From Candidatus Multivorans sp. (lineage in GTDB: Bacteria > Acidobacteriota > Thermoanaerobaculia > Multivoradales > Multivoraceae), in contig OZ251997.1 of NCBI GenBank assembly GCA_965247095.1, positions 512,001 through 576,000 on the forward strand: DNA of 64,000 nt, given 5' to 3'. Below the pieces are notes generated by a model, which was not told the origin of the DNA, did no database searches, and saw nothing but the letters and a program-made list of their open reading frames with translations. This document shows positions 50,443-60,728 of the stretch, piece by piece; positions within the stretch are counted from its first letter, which is position 1, and the number at the start of each line of letters is the position of its first letter. Made by a program: the position numbers and the translations under genes.

Positions 50443-51411
50443 ATGGCGGGGCGGCGGATGGCGGTGACGATGGGGGACGCGTCTGGCGTAGGTCCCGAGA
50501 TCGCTGTGCGTTGCTTCGCGGAGGGGCTGCTCGGTGACGACGTGATCGTGTACGGAGACGCCGCGGTGCTGGCTAGGGCGGCGGAGGTCCTTGGACTCGA
50601 TGTGCCTCTTTGCGTTGTGGAAGACACGGCGCGGCAAGGCGCGCTAAACGTTCGCGACTTGAAGTGGCTGTCCGCCGACCGGCTGACACCCGGAGTTCTC
50701 AATCCGGAGGCAGGAGCGGCGGCCTTGGCCTACTTGGAGCAGGCGACTCGCGACACACTGGCCGGCAAGGTTGCCGGAGTCGTGACCCTGCCGATGAACA
50801 AAGAGGCGACACGCGCGTCGCGGCCCGACTTCAAGGGCCATACCGAGTTCATCGCCGGCCTGTGCGGCGCCGAGCACTTCGCGATGATGTTGACGGTGCC
50901 GGAAGTGGCGGTGACCCACGTCAGCGCTCACGTCAGCCTGCGCGAGGCGATCGAGCGTGTAGAACCTGTGCGGATCCGCAAGGTCATCGACTTGACCCAC
51001 GAGGCTCTTTCCCGGTTCATCGAACGGCCGCGGATTGCGGTCTGCGGGTTGAACCCGCATGCGGGGGAGCACGGCCTGTTCGGCACCGAGGACGAGGAGA
51101 TCATCCGGCCGACGATCGAGCGGGCAGCGGCGGACGGCCTGGATGTGTCCGGCCCGCATCCGGCGGACACGATCTTCCGCCAGGCGATCCAGCTCGACCG
51201 CTACGACGCCGTCGTCTGCATGTACCACGACCAGGGCCACGCGCCGATGAAGCTCTACGGCTTCGAGCGCGGCGTCAACGTGACGATCGGCCTGCCCATC
51301 GTCCGCACCTCGGTCGACCACGGCACCGCCTTCGACATCGCCTGGCAGGGCAAGGCGTTCACGGACTCGCTGGGCCACGCGCTCGACTACGCGTGGAAGC
51401 TGGCTGGCTAG
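50443..51411 (+). CDS. pdxA: PdxA-family 4-hydroxythreonine-4-phosphate / 4-phospho-threonate dehydrogenase
   Basis: TMGDASGVGPE, PMNKE, GHTEF, GLNPHAGE, PADT, MYHDQG, RTSVDHGTAFDIA. Confidence 0.9.
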   Translation: MAGRRMAVTMGDASGVGPEIAVRCFAEGLLGDDVIVYGDAAVLARAAEVLGLDVPLCVVEDTARQGALNVRDLKWLSADRLTPGVLNPEAGAAALAYLEQATRDTLAGKVAGVVTLPMNKEATRASRPDFKGHTEFIAGLCGAEHFAMMLTVPEVAVTHVSAHVSLREAIERVEPVRIRKVIDLTHEALSRFIERPRIAVCGLNPHAGEHGLFGTEDEEIIRPTIERAAADGLDVSGPHPADTIFRQAIQLDRYDAVVCMYHDQGHAPMKLYGFERGVNVTIGLPIVRTSVDHGTAFDIAWQGKAFTDSLGHALDYAWKLAG

Positions 51412-51450
51412 CGTCGGGAACGAGTCACGGGCTCGGCGTTTAGCGGACGG

Positions 51451-51687
51451 CTATGAGGACGGCACCGCAGAGTCGATGTCGGCCTGGAAGCGGCGTGCAT
51501 CGATCCTGGGAGCGTTTCGGGCCGATTCCTCAAGCACTGTGCGGGTGACGAAGCGCCGGGCGGCCACAGGACGCAGCTCGGCAACGGGCGTGCCGTTTCG
51601 GGTGACGGTCATGGCTTGGCTCTCCTGGACGGTGCGAAGCACGTAGGACAGGTTATTGCGGAGCTGGTTCTGCGTGATCGTGACCAC
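51451..51687 (-). CDS. orphan Phd/YefM-like antitoxin
   Basis: ITQNQLRNNLSYVLRTV..TVTRNGTPVAELRP; no toxin downstream. Confidence 0.65.
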   Translation of the reverse strand: MVTITQNQLRNNLSYVLRTVQESQAMTVTRNGTPVAELRPVAARRFVTRTVLEESARNAPRIDARRFQADIDSAVPSS

Positions 51688-51775
51688 CTGGAGGACCGTA
51701 GCAGACTGCTTTGGGAAGACGCGCCTTGCTGTACAGTGACTCTTCGCTAGGGGCTTGCGCGGCAGAACGATCTGA

Positions 51776-51807
51776 CCTGGGAACGCGGGCATCCTGCCCG
51801 CATCCGG
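51776..51807 (+). repeat. GAAC-hairpin repeat (head+C), intergenic
   Basis: CCTGGGAAC GCGGGC-ATCCT-GCCCGC ATCCGG followed by CCGGCGC-GAA-GCGCCGG. Confidence 0.85.
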
Positions 51808-51868
51808 CGCGAAGCGCCGGCCTCTGGGAGTTCTGCCGCGCTAGGCCGACAACGATGAGGAGGTTGTG

Positions 51869-53392
51869 ATGGGCGCACGTACGCGAGGGTTGCTTGCGGC
51901 GGTGCTGGCTGCCGCACTGCTTTCGGCAGCCTGCTCCACGGACGGCAGCGGCGGTGACACGGAGGGCGTGGCGGTGACTGCGCAGCCGCCGAACATCGTC
52001 GTCATCCTGGCCGACGATCTCGGCTACGCGGACGTGTCGGCATACGGCACCCGCGTCCAGACGCCGAACATCGACCGCATCGGCCGGGAAGGGGCGGTTT
52101 TCACCCAGGGCTACGTGACGACGCCGGTGTGCTCGCCATCGCGCGCTGGCCTGCTCACCGGCCGCTACCAGCAGCGCTTCGGTTTCGAGTACAACGCGCG
52201 TCAGGCACCGGAAGTGCCGGACGTGGGGCTGATCGCCGGTGAACTGACGATCGCGGACCACCTCCGCGCTGCCGGTTACGCAACGGGAATCGTCGGCAAG
52301 TGGCACCTGGGCTTCAAGGACGAGCACTACCCGACCAACCGCGGTTTCGACGAGTTCTACGGACATCTCTCAGGCGCCACGCGGTTCATCAACACCAGCA
52401 CCGAGGGTGTCGTCTCGATGCCGACGAACCAGGAGTTCCGGAGGCGCGCGCCCGATGACCCGCGCACGGACCTCCTGGTGCGGGGAACGGAACCGCCGGC
52501 GCCGCCTCCTCGCAGCCGCGGCAACCTGATCGTGCGCGGCCCCGAGAAGACGGTGATCGACGAACCGGCCTACATCACGGACATTTTTGGCGACGAGTCG
52601 GTGGACTTCATCCGCCGGCACGCGGAAGAGCCCTTCTTCCTGTACTCCGCGTTCAACGCGCCGCACTCTCCGTTCGAGGTCACGGAGGAGTACTACAACC
52701 GTTTTCCCGATGTCGAGAACGAGCTGCAGCGGATCTACTTCGGCATGATCGCCGCGCTCGACGACGCGGTCGGCCGCATCCTGGACGCGCTGGACGAGGC
52801 CGGGATCGCGGACAATACGCTGGTCGTGTTCCTGTCGGACAACGGCTGCGCCGGCTACTTCCCGGGGCTGTGCTCGTGCGAGCCGCTCTCCGGCGGCAAG
52901 CTGACCTACTACGAGGGCGGCGTGCGGGTTCCCTTCCTGGTGCGTTGGCCGGCCGAGGTTGCGGCCGGAACCCGGATCGACGCGCCGGTGTCGACCCTCG
53001 ACATCCTGCCGACGGCACTGGCGGCGGCCGAGGCCGCGGTGCCGCCCGATCTCGAACTCGACGGGCACGACCTGATGCCGCTCCTGGACGGGTCGGCCGA
53101 GGCTTTGGGCCGCGAGCGCTTCGTGTGGCGGAACTACCCGACGGTTGCAGTTCGAAGCGGCGACATGAAGCTGATCAAGCCGAACCAGGATGAACCCGGC
53201 GGCTTTCTCTACGACCTGGCGAGCGATCAGCGCGAGCAGAGCGACCTGGCAGGCGAGCGGCCGGAGGAGGTCGCCTCGCTCGAAGCGGTGATCGAGGACT
53301 GGCGCTCGATCACGGTGGAGCCGGCCTGGGGCCGCCGCGGGCCGGTGTCCTACTCGATCTGCAACATCGAACCGATCGGCTTCGAAAATTAG
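51869..53392 (+). CDS. sulfatase (lipoprotein)
   Basis: SAAC lipobox-like, LADDLG, CSPSRAGLLTG, GKWHLG, SDNG, YEGGVRVP. Confidence 0.92.
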   Translation: MGARTRGLLAAVLAAALLSAACSTDGSGGDTEGVAVTAQPPNIVVILADDLGYADVSAYGTRVQTPNIDRIGREGAVFTQGYVTTPVCSPSRAGLLTGRYQQRFGFEYNARQAPEVPDVGLIAGELTIADHLRAAGYATGIVGKWHLGFKDEHYPTNRGFDEFYGHLSGATRFINTSTEGVVSMPTNQEFRRRAPDDPRTDLLVRGTEPPAPPPRSRGNLIVRGPEKTVIDEPAYITDIFGDESVDFIRRHAEEPFFLYSAFNAPHSPFEVTEEYYNRFPDVENELQRIYFGMIAALDDAVGRILDALDEAGIADNTLVVFLSDNGCAGYFPGLCSCEPLSGGKLTYYEGGVRVPFLVRWPAEVAAGTRIDAPVSTLDILPTALAAAEAAVPPDLELDGHDLMPLLDGSAEALGRERFVWRNYPTVAVRSGDMKLIKPNQDEPGGFLYDLASDQREQSDLAGERPEEVASLEAVIEDWRSITVEPAWGRRGPVSYSICNIEPIGFEN

Positions 53393-53521
53393 TGGACCGG
53401 CGGAACGTTTCGCGCGGTTCTCGGTTACAAGAGTGAAGTCCAAAGCACCGATGTAGCCGATGAACGCCGACCAGGAGCGGGCGCCGCTTCTGACGGCAAG
53501 CGAGAAGCGGGAGGAGAGAAA

Positions 53522-55006
53522 ATGGCCACCTGCAATGAGATGGAGCTTGGTCAGCGGTGCGGACCCGCCGGAGTGTTGGCGGCGACGCTGGCGATGGTGC
53601 TGTCGATCGGAGCATGCGAACGCTCGACGGCACCTGACGGGTCGAGCGCCGAGGACGACATAGCTGCGTTGGTTGCGGAGGTCGGTCCAGACTGGGAAGT
53701 CGTGGAGGATTACCTCGATCGTGAACGGGAGTGGATGGCCCGGATCCTCGTGTCTGGCGAGGCCTCGGAGGACGACTCGTCCCCGAGCGTCGGAGAGGCG
53801 GCTAGTGCAAAGCCACGGATCTTCGTGCTTCGCTCATCGGGAGATGGCGCTCCGCCGAGGGCCGAAGTGGAGCAACGGCTACGAGCAGCGCTCGAGGCTC
53901 GGGACGGTGCCGAAGTAGTAGACCCGCGGCGCGGAGACGAGGACTCGCCTCCGAGCGCTCTGGTGAACGAGGCTCTGCGAGCAGCGCTTGAGGCTCAGAA
54001 CGGCGCCGGAGTGGTGGACGTGCCCCGAGACGAGGACTCGCCTCTTAGCGCGGAGAGCATGGCGCCCGATTCCCCCGAGATTGGCCGTGCCGCCGCTGCG
54101 GCAATCGCGATTCTGGAAGCTGGCGGCGCGCACGAGAAGACGGTCGAGGCCGCGGAGTTTCTCGTAAACCATGCGGCGCTGGCACCGGGAGGCGTGGAGT
54201 ACGCCTCCAGGGGCGCGAAGGCTCTGCTCGAATTCGCACCCGACTACGAGGGTTGGGGCTTCATGCTTCAACGAATGCACTTGTTGGGGCGTGTCGGGCC
54301 GGACAGGGGGCCCGCGGCAGATGCGTTCTTCGAGGAGTTGGCCTCCGAGGCCGAGGATCCGGTGCTGCGTGCCGCCGGGCGCTACTACATCGCGGCCGGA
54401 CGGATGCAGTCCACAAACGCCCCCGGAATGTCCGAGCAGGATCGCGTAATCAAGCGTCAAAGCGCTCTCGATGCGGCGACTGGCTTGAGCGCTGGGGTCG
54501 AGGAGGAATCGCTCCCCGGGGACGAGCGGACATTCGCGGATGCGGAGGCCGACCTCATCCGGAGCATCCGCAACGCGACTGTGGGCAGTAAGGTGCCGGA
54601 CCTTGTGGGCAGTCGGCTGGATGGCGTTGAAGAACGCCTCTCGGACTACAGGGGCCGTGTGGTGCTTCTCGATTTCTGGGCGACGTGGTGCGGGCCGTGC
54701 GTGGCTGCACTGCCGCAGAAACGGCAACTCGTTGCCGATCTCCCCGCAGATCGATTCGCTCTCCTGTCGATCAGTGTCGACGCAGACCTTGACACCGTGA
54801 CCGGGTTCATGGAGGAGGAGCCGATGCCGTGGTCAAGCTGGCATGTCGGAATGAGGAGCGACATCACGCGGACCCTGCATGTCGGTTCATATCCCACCTA
54901 CATTCTGATCGACGAACAAGGCGAGATTCTGGCTAGAACGAACCACCTCCCGGAGGAGTTCGTGGGTCTCATCGAAGAAACGGTCGGAGGTGGCCCGGAG
55001 GCTTGA
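53522..55006 (+). CDS. TlpA/ResA-like thioredoxin-fold lipoprotein with long N-terminal region
   Basis: IGAC lipobox; LSDYRGRVVLLDFWATWCGPC; SYPTYILID. Confidence 0.85.
   Translation: MATCNEMELGQRCGPAGVLAATLAMVLSIGACERSTAPDGSSAEDDIAALVAEVGPDWEVVEDYLDREREWMARILVSGEASEDDSSPSVGEAASAKPRIFVLRSSGDGAPPRAEVEQRLRAALEARDGAEVVDPRRGDEDSPPSALVNEALRAALEAQNGAGVVDVPRDEDSPLSAESMAPDSPEIGRAAAAAIAILEAGGAHEKTVEAAEFLVNHAALAPGGVEYASRGAKALLEFAPDYEGWGFMLQRMHLLGRVGPDRGPAADAFFEELASEAEDPVLRAAGRYYIAAGRMQSTNAPGMSEQDRVIKRQSALDAATGLSAGVEEESLPGDERTFADAEADLIRSIRNATVGSKVPDLVGSRLDGVEERLSDYRGRVVLLDFWATWCGPCVAALPQKRQLVADLPADRFALLSISVDADLDTVTGFMEEEPMPWSSWHVGMRSDITRTLHVGSYPTYILIDEQGEILARTNHLPEEFVGLIEETVGGGPEA
53879..54051 (+). repeat. 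diverged in-frame ~80-bp tandem duplication in TlpA gene
   Basis: LRAALEARDGAEVVDPRRGDEDSPPSA / LRAALEAQNGAGVVDVPRDEDSPLSA. Confidence 0.75.
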
Positions 55007-55019
55007 AGGGGAGGAGGCC

Positions 55020-55793
55020 ATGACGATGTGTTGTGACATGGTGCGTGTTCGGTGGTGCAGAACCGCCGCGGCCTTGGCGGTGCTGGCGATGGGGCTGTCG
55101 ATCGGAGCATGCGAACGCTCGGCGACCGCGGATGCGGCGAATGCCGAGGACGAGTTCGCGGCATTGATTGCCGAAGTCGGTCCCGACTGGGAGGTCGTCG
55201 AGGACTACATCGACCGCCAGCGGGAGTGGATGAAACGGAGCATGGAGCGTCTCACCGCGAAGGCGGAAGATCCGGACGGTGCAAACGAGGAGGAGGAGTC
55301 CGAGTTTCCGGACGTGAGCCGTGCTGCGGCCGCGGCAGCGGCGATCCTCGAGGACGGGGGCTCCCACGAGAAGACGATTCAGGCGGCGGAGTTCCTCGTC
55401 AATCAGGCGGCAATGGTTCCGGGGGGCGACAAGCATGGCTACAGGGGCGCGAAGGCTCTGCTGGAGCACGCACCGGACAACGAAGGCTGGCGGTTTCGTG
55501 CTGGCTCGGATGCACTCCATGCGGCACTATGGTGAGGACGGGAAACCCACTCGGCCCGGGTTCGAGGCCTTTTTCGAGGAACTGGCGTCCGACGCCGAAG
55601 ATCCGGTGCTCCGTGCGGCGGGCCGCTTCTACGTTGCGGCGGGGCTGATGGAGTCCGTCAACGTGCTCGCCCTGGCGCCGGACCTAAATGCTCATCGGCG
55701 AACACGGTGAGATCCTGGCCCGGACCGGTGGCCTGAATGACGAGTTCCTGTCCCTGATCGAGGAGGCGGTTTGGGGGTAGCCCGGAGGCTTGA
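55020..55793 (+). pseudogene. degenerate tandem paralogue of the TlpA-like gene
   Basis: Shares IGACERS, EVGPDWEVVEDY, HEKT..AAEFLVN and FFEELAS..EDPVLRAAGR (after a frameshift near 55490) and the C-terminal GEILART..LIEE..PEA*; the WCGPC domain is deleted and in-frame stops are present. Confidence 0.85.
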
Positions 55794-55880
55794 GTCCGGC
55801 GCGCATCTGCCGCCAGGGGGGTACCGGACCGCCTCTCAGATACACCGCGGGGACGATTCGGGTTATCGTGGAGGTCGTTC

Positions 55881-57215
55881 ATGCGTAGCGGCCTTTCCTC
55901 ACACGCTCTGGCCCTGTTCCTGGTCGCGGTCGTCGCCGGCCCGGGAGCCGGTACTGCCCAGAATCTCACCGAGGCGATCGCCGAGGACTACCGGGCCGAG
56001 CTGAAGTCGCTCTTCGAGCACTTCCACCGCAACCCGGAGCTGTCCTTCCTGGAACACAAGACGGCGGCGCGCCTCGCCGCGGAGCTCCAGAAGTCCGGGG
56101 TCGAAGTCACGGAGGGGATCGGCCGCACCGGCATCGTCGGCATGATGCGGAACGGCGACGGGCCGCTGGTGCTGGTCCGCGCGGACATGGACGGCTTGCC
56201 GGTTGCGGAGAAGTCGGAACTGCCGTACGCATCGACCGTCACCCAGGTCGATCTCTCGGGCGAAGAGGTTCCTGTGATGCACGCGTGTGGCCACGACGTC
56301 CACATCACCTCGATGGTCGGCGTGGCGCGCCGGCTGGCGGCGACGCGCGACCAGTGGTCGGGGACGGTGATGTTCGTCGGGCAGCCGGCCGAGGAGCGGA
56401 TCATGGGCGCCCGCGAGATGATCGAGGACGGCCTGTACGAGCGCTTCGGCGTGCCGGACTACGCGCTGGCATTCCACGTCGCGGCGGGCAAGCCGGCCGG
56501 GAAGATCGACGTGCCGCCGGGCCTGCTCGCATCGTCGTCGGACAGTGTCGACGTCACGGTGTTCGGCATCGGCGCGCACGGTGCGTCGCCGCACCGCGGC
56601 AAGGATCCGATCTACATCGCGGCGCAGCTCGTGGTGGCGCTGCAGGGCATCGTGAGCCGGGAACTGAACCCGCTCGAGCCCGGCGTGGTCACCGTGGGCG
56701 CGATCCACGGCGGCTTCAAGCACAACGTGATCCCGGATCGGGTCGAGCTGCAGCTCACCGTGCGGGCGAACAGCGAAGAGACGCGGGAGCAGTTGCTGTC
56801 GGCGATCGAGCGGATCGCCGAGGGGGTCGGCCGGGCGGCGGGGCTGCCGAGCTCGCTGCTGCCGAAGGTGGTGCGAACGAAGGAATCGACGCCGGTGACG
56901 GTGAACGACTCGGAACTGGCGGCCAGGGTGCGCGCCGCGATCGGGCGCGGCATGGGCGATGACGTGTTCCACACCGAGCCGCCCTCCGGCATGGGCGCCG
57001 AGGACTTCGCGTACTTCGTGGGCACGGAGCACAAGGTGCCCGGCACGTACTTCGATGTCGGAGGCACGTCGCAAGCCGATCTGGAAGCAGAGGCGGCGGG
57101 CGGGCCGCCAGTGCCGTCCCACCACTCGCCGTTCTTCCGCATCGAGCCGGAACCGGCGATTCGCGCGGGTGTCGAGGCGATGACCCTGGCGGTGCTCGAC
57201 CTGCTTCGGCCGTAG
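55881..57215 (+). CDS. M20D amidohydrolase (secreted)
   Basis: HRNPELSF, RADMDGLP, MHACGHDVH, QPAEE, GAHGASPH, GAEDF, HHSP. Confidence 0.9.
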   Translation: MRSGLSSHALALFLVAVVAGPGAGTAQNLTEAIAEDYRAELKSLFEHFHRNPELSFLEHKTAARLAAELQKSGVEVTEGIGRTGIVGMMRNGDGPLVLVRADMDGLPVAEKSELPYASTVTQVDLSGEEVPVMHACGHDVHITSMVGVARRLAATRDQWSGTVMFVGQPAEERIMGAREMIEDGLYERFGVPDYALAFHVAAGKPAGKIDVPPGLLASSSDSVDVTVFGIGAHGASPHRGKDPIYIAAQLVVALQGIVSRELNPLEPGVVTVGAIHGGFKHNVIPDRVELQLTVRANSEETREQLLSAIERIAEGVGRAAGLPSSLLPKVVRTKESTPVTVNDSELAARVRAAIGRGMGDDVFHTEPPSGMGAEDFAYFVGTEHKVPGTYFDVGGTSQADLEAEAAGGPPVPSHHSPFFRIEPEPAIRAGVEAMTLAVLDLLRP

Positions 57216-57219
57216 GCCG

Positions 57220-57879
57220 ATGCCCGAGCCCGAAGGCCCCTTCGAGCAGATTCCGGAACCCGCGCTGGGGAAGGTCCTCGCCGAGCTGGAGCGCCTCTAT
57301 CCGGACGCGGACTGCGAACTCCGGCACGAGAACGCCCTGCAGCTCCTGATCGCGACGATCCTCTCGGCCCAGTCCACCGACGTGCGCGTGAACCAGGTCA
57401 CGGCGACCCTGTTCGAGCGCTACCGGTCTGCTTTGGACTTCGCGGCCGCCGATCCGGCCGTGTTCGAACAGGAGATCCGCAGCACGGGCTTCTTCCGCAA
57501 CAAGACGAAGAGCGTGCTGGGCGCGGCGAGGAAGATCACAGACGACTTCGGCGGCGAGGTGCCGGACACGATGGAGGAACTCGTCACCCTTCCGGGCGTG
57601 GCGCGCAAGACGGCGAACGTCGTGCTCGGAACCTGGTTCAAGAAGCCGGTCGGCGTCGTCGTCGACACCCACATCGGTCGCCTTGCCCGCCGCCTGGGCA
57701 TCACCCGCGAGACGGATCCGGTCCGGGTGGAGCGGGACCTGATGAACCGGCTGCCGCGGGACAGGTGGATCTTCGCCGGTCACGCGATCATCTGGCACGG
57801 CCGCCGCGTCTGCTCCGCGCGCCGGCCCGACTGCGCGAGCTGCACGCTCGCCGCGTGGTGTCCGCGCAACGGGTTGTAG
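57220..57879 (+). CDS. nth: endonuclease III
   Basis: [17 protein letters not shown] (HhH), VDTH, C-x6-C-x2-C-x5-C FeS motif. Confidence 0.95.
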   Translation: MPEPEGPFEQIPEPALGKVLAELERLYPDADCELRHENALQLLIATILSAQSTDVRVNQVTATLFERYRSALDFAAADPAVFEQEIRSTGFFRNKTKSVLGAARKITDDFGGEVPDTMEELVTLPGVARKTANVVLGTWFKKPVGVVVDTHIGRLARRLGITRETDPVRVERDLMNRLPRDRWIFAGHAIIWHGRRVCSARRPDCASCTLAAWCPRNGL

Positions 57880-57911
57880 CGGTAGTCCCTGCTGCTAGGC
57901 TGCCGCGTCCT

Positions 57912-60728
57912 ATGAGGAAGCGAACGGGTAGTCCGCTGCTTCGGTTTGCGGCGGTGTTGGTGCTGGCGGCCGCGCCGCTGGTCTCCGGACCGCCTCCGGC
58001 GCCGCCGCCGTTCTACGCGATCCAGGGCGTACGGGTCGAGGTCGGCGACGGCACGGTGCTCGAAGGGGCGACGGTCGTGATCGAGAACGGGACGATCACG
58101 GCAGTGGGGTTGGATGCGGCGATCCCGGCGCACGCCAGGGTCATCGACGGTGAGGGCCTGACGGTGTTTCCGGGGCTGATCGACGCCATGGGCAGTCTGC
58201 CGCAGCAGCGGCGTCCCGGCGGCGGCCCCGCCGCGGGTGGACCCGCTCCCGGCGGTCCGCGGCGGCGGCCGGATGCCAACAGCCCGCTGCCGCGCGGGCC
58301 GGAGGACCGCCCGCAGACGACTCCCTGGAAGCGGGCCGCGGACGACTTGGCGCTTGACGCGGAGGCGGTCGAGGCCTGGCGCAAGGCGGGGTTCACGTCG
58401 GTTGCGGCGCGAGCCGGCCAGGGCCTGTTCCCGGGACGGCTGTCCCTGGTGCGATTCGGCGAGCCGGGGGCGGATCCCGAACATCAGGTCGTCGCTCCTG
58501 AACTCGCGCAGATGGCTTCGTTCGACACCGGCGGCGGTTTCGGCTCCTACCCGGGCGCCCTGATGGGCAAGATCGCCTACTTGCGGCAGGTGCTGCTGGA
58601 CGCGGGTCACTATGCGGCCGCGGTCGCTTCCTACGAGGCGGACCCCGCGGGTTGGCGGCGGCCCGACTTCGATCGCACACTGGCGCCCCTGGCAGCGACC
58701 GCGGCGGGGAACGAGCGCATTCTGTTGCCGGGTTCGAGCGCCGCGGAGATCGAGCGGGCGCTCCGTCTGGGCGAGGAGTTCGGCCTGGACTCGATCGTCT
58801 ACGGCGGCCAGGAAGCCTACCGGCTCGCCGGGGAGCTCGCGGCTGCCGGCGTTCCGGTGCTGGTCGACGTCGACTGGCCCGAGGCGTTGCCGGAGCGCGA
58901 CCGGGATCCGGACGCCGACCGGCCGCTGAGGCAGATTCTCCACGAACGCTTGGCGCCGTCGACCCCGGTCGAGCTGGCGGAGGCGGGCGCGCAGTTCGCC
59001 TTCTCGTCGGGCGGCGCGAAGTCCGCCGACGAGTTTCTCGCCGGTGTGCGTCGCGCGATCGAAGGAGGGCTGGAACCGGGGCGCGCGCTCACGGCGTTGA
59101 CCCGCGACGCGGCCGCGACCTACGGCCTGGAGGATCGGATCGGCAGGGTGGCCGAAGGGTTGGCGGCCGACCTGGTGCTGGCCGATGGCTACCCGTGGCA
59201 GGAATCGGTGCGGGTCGCGGCGGTGTTCGTCGACGGCCGCCGGTACGCCGCCTCTGACGGCGACGACGCCGGAGCTGCTGAAGGCGAAGAAGGCGAAGAA
59301 GGCGAAGAGGGTGCGAAGGACGCGCCGGCGCCGCTGCGGCTGGCCGAAGTCGCGGAGAGGTACGAGGCGGTCGCCGGCGACTCGGCGGTGCCGATGACCG
59401 GGCCGTACCGGCAGGACGACGTGCTCGCGATCGTCGGCGGGACGGTCCTGACCATGGCCGGGGAGACGATCGAGAACGGCACCGTCGTGGTGCGCGACGG
59501 CCGGGTCGCCGCGGTCGGCAGGCGCGTGAGGCCGCCCCGGGGCGCTCACGTGATCGATGCCGCCGGCCGTTACGTGGTCCCCGGGATCATCGACGCGCAC
59601 TCCCACATCGCCGCCGAGGGCGGGATCAACGAGGGCAGTCTGGCGGTGACTTCCATGGTGCGGGTCGCCGATGTGGTCGATCCGACCGACATCGGCATCT
59701 ACCGCGCTCTGGCGGGCGGCGTGACGACGATCAACGTGCTGCACGGCAGCGCGAACCCGATCGGCGGCCAGAACCAGGTGCTCAAGCTGCGCTGGGGGCA
59801 GGACGCCGACGGCATGCGTTTCGAGGGCGCGCCGCCCGGCATCAAGTTCGCCCTCGGCGAGAACCCGAAGCGGTCGCGGTCCTTCGGTCAGGGTCCGCGG
59901 CGCTATCCGGCGACCCGGATGGGTGTGCTGGACGTGATCCGGCAGGCGTTCACCGAGGCCGCCGAGTACCAAGGGGCGTGGGCGCGTCACCGCGAGGCGG
60001 AAGCCGCCGGCGAGCGCAGCCGGCCGCCGGCCCGCGATCTGGAGCTCGAGGCGCTGGTGGAGATCCTGGAGGGACGCCGCCTGGTCCACGCCCACAGCTA
60101 CCGCGCCGACGAGATCCTGCAGTTGCTCCGCCTGGCGGAAGAGCTGGGCTTCCGGATCGCCACCCTGCAGCATGTGCTCGAGGGCTACCGGGTGGCGGAC
60201 GAGATCGCGGCCCACGGCGCCGGAGCTTCGACCTTCTCCGACTGGTGGGCGTACAAGGTCGAGGCCTACGAGGCGATCCCGTACAACGCCGCCCTGATGA
60301 CCGACCGCGGCGTCGTCGTGTCGATCAACTCGGATGACGCGGAGGAGATGCGCCACCTGAACCACGAGGCGGCCAAGGCGGTCAAGTGGGGGGGCTTAAG
60401 CGACGAGCAGGCGCTCGCCCTGGTCACGATCAACCCGGCGAAGCAGCTTCGGATCGACGACCGCGTCGGTTCGATCGAGGTCGGCAAGGACGCGGATCTC
60501 GTCATCTACGACGGGCATCCGCTGAGTTCCTACGCGGTGGTTCAGACCACCCTGGTCGACGGCAAGGTCTACTTCGACCGCGAGTTGGACCAGGTCCGGC
60601 AGCGGCGCCTGGCCGCGCTGGAACAGTCGCTGATGGAGTCAAGCGCTACGACCCAGGGATCCCAGGACCCGCCCGTAGTTGAACCGAAGCCCCGCGGGTC
60701 GGACGACAACGGTGGAGAAGCGCCGTGA
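57912..60728 (+). CDS. two-domain amidohydrolase-family protein
   Basis: Domain 1 FPGLIDAMG (no HxH); domain 2 [41 protein letters not shown]. Confidence 0.85.
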   Translation: MRKRTGSPLLRFAAVLVLAAAPLVSGPPPAPPPFYAIQGVRVEVGDGTVLEGATVVIENGTITAVGLDAAIPAHARVIDGEGLTVFPGLIDAMGSLPQQRRPGGGPAAGGPAPGGPRRRPDANSPLPRGPEDRPQTTPWKRAADDLALDAEAVEAWRKAGFTSVAARAGQGLFPGRLSLVRFGEPGADPEHQVVAPELAQMASFDTGGGFGSYPGALMGKIAYLRQVLLDAGHYAAAVASYEADPAGWRRPDFDRTLAPLAATAAGNERILLPGSSAAEIERALRLGEEFGLDSIVYGGQEAYRLAGELAAAGVPVLVDVDWPEALPERDRDPDADRPLRQILHERLAPSTPVELAEAGAQFAFSSGGAKSADEFLAGVRRAIEGGLEPGRALTALTRDAAATYGLEDRIGRVAEGLAADLVLADGYPWQESVRVAAVFVDGRRYAASDGDDAGAAEGEEGEEGEEGAKDAPAPLRLAEVAERYEAVAGDSAVPMTGPYRQDDVLAIVGGTVLTMAGETIENGTVVVRDGRVAAVGRRVRPPRGAHVIDAAGRYVVPGIIDAHSHIAAEGGINEGSLAVTSMVRVADVVDPTDIGIYRALAGGVTTINVLHGSANPIGGQNQVLKLRWGQDADGMRFEGAPPGIKFALGENPKRSRSFGQGPRRYPATRMGVLDVIRQAFTEAAEYQGAWARHREAEAAGERSRPPARDLELEALVEILEGRRLVHAHSYRADEILQLLRLAEELGFRIATLQHVLEGYRVADEIAAHGAGASTFSDWWAYKVEAYEAIPYNAALMTDRGVVVSINSDDAEEMRHLNHEAAKAVKWGGLSDEQALALVTINPAKQLRIDDRVGSIEVGKDADLVIYDGHPLSSYAVVQTTLVDGKVYFDRELDQVRQRRLAALEQSLMESSATTQGSQDPPVVEPKPRGSDDNGGEAP

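Noticed and set aside
27993-51807. Possible CRISPR array or integron attC array from the palindromic repeats
   Set aside because: Copies are dispersed kilobases apart with no regular spacers, no cas or integron integrase genes, and no attC core sites.
59280-59310. (GAAGGCGAA)x3 tandem repeat
   Set aside because: Encodes an EGE low-complexity interdomain linker; in frame and unremarkable.
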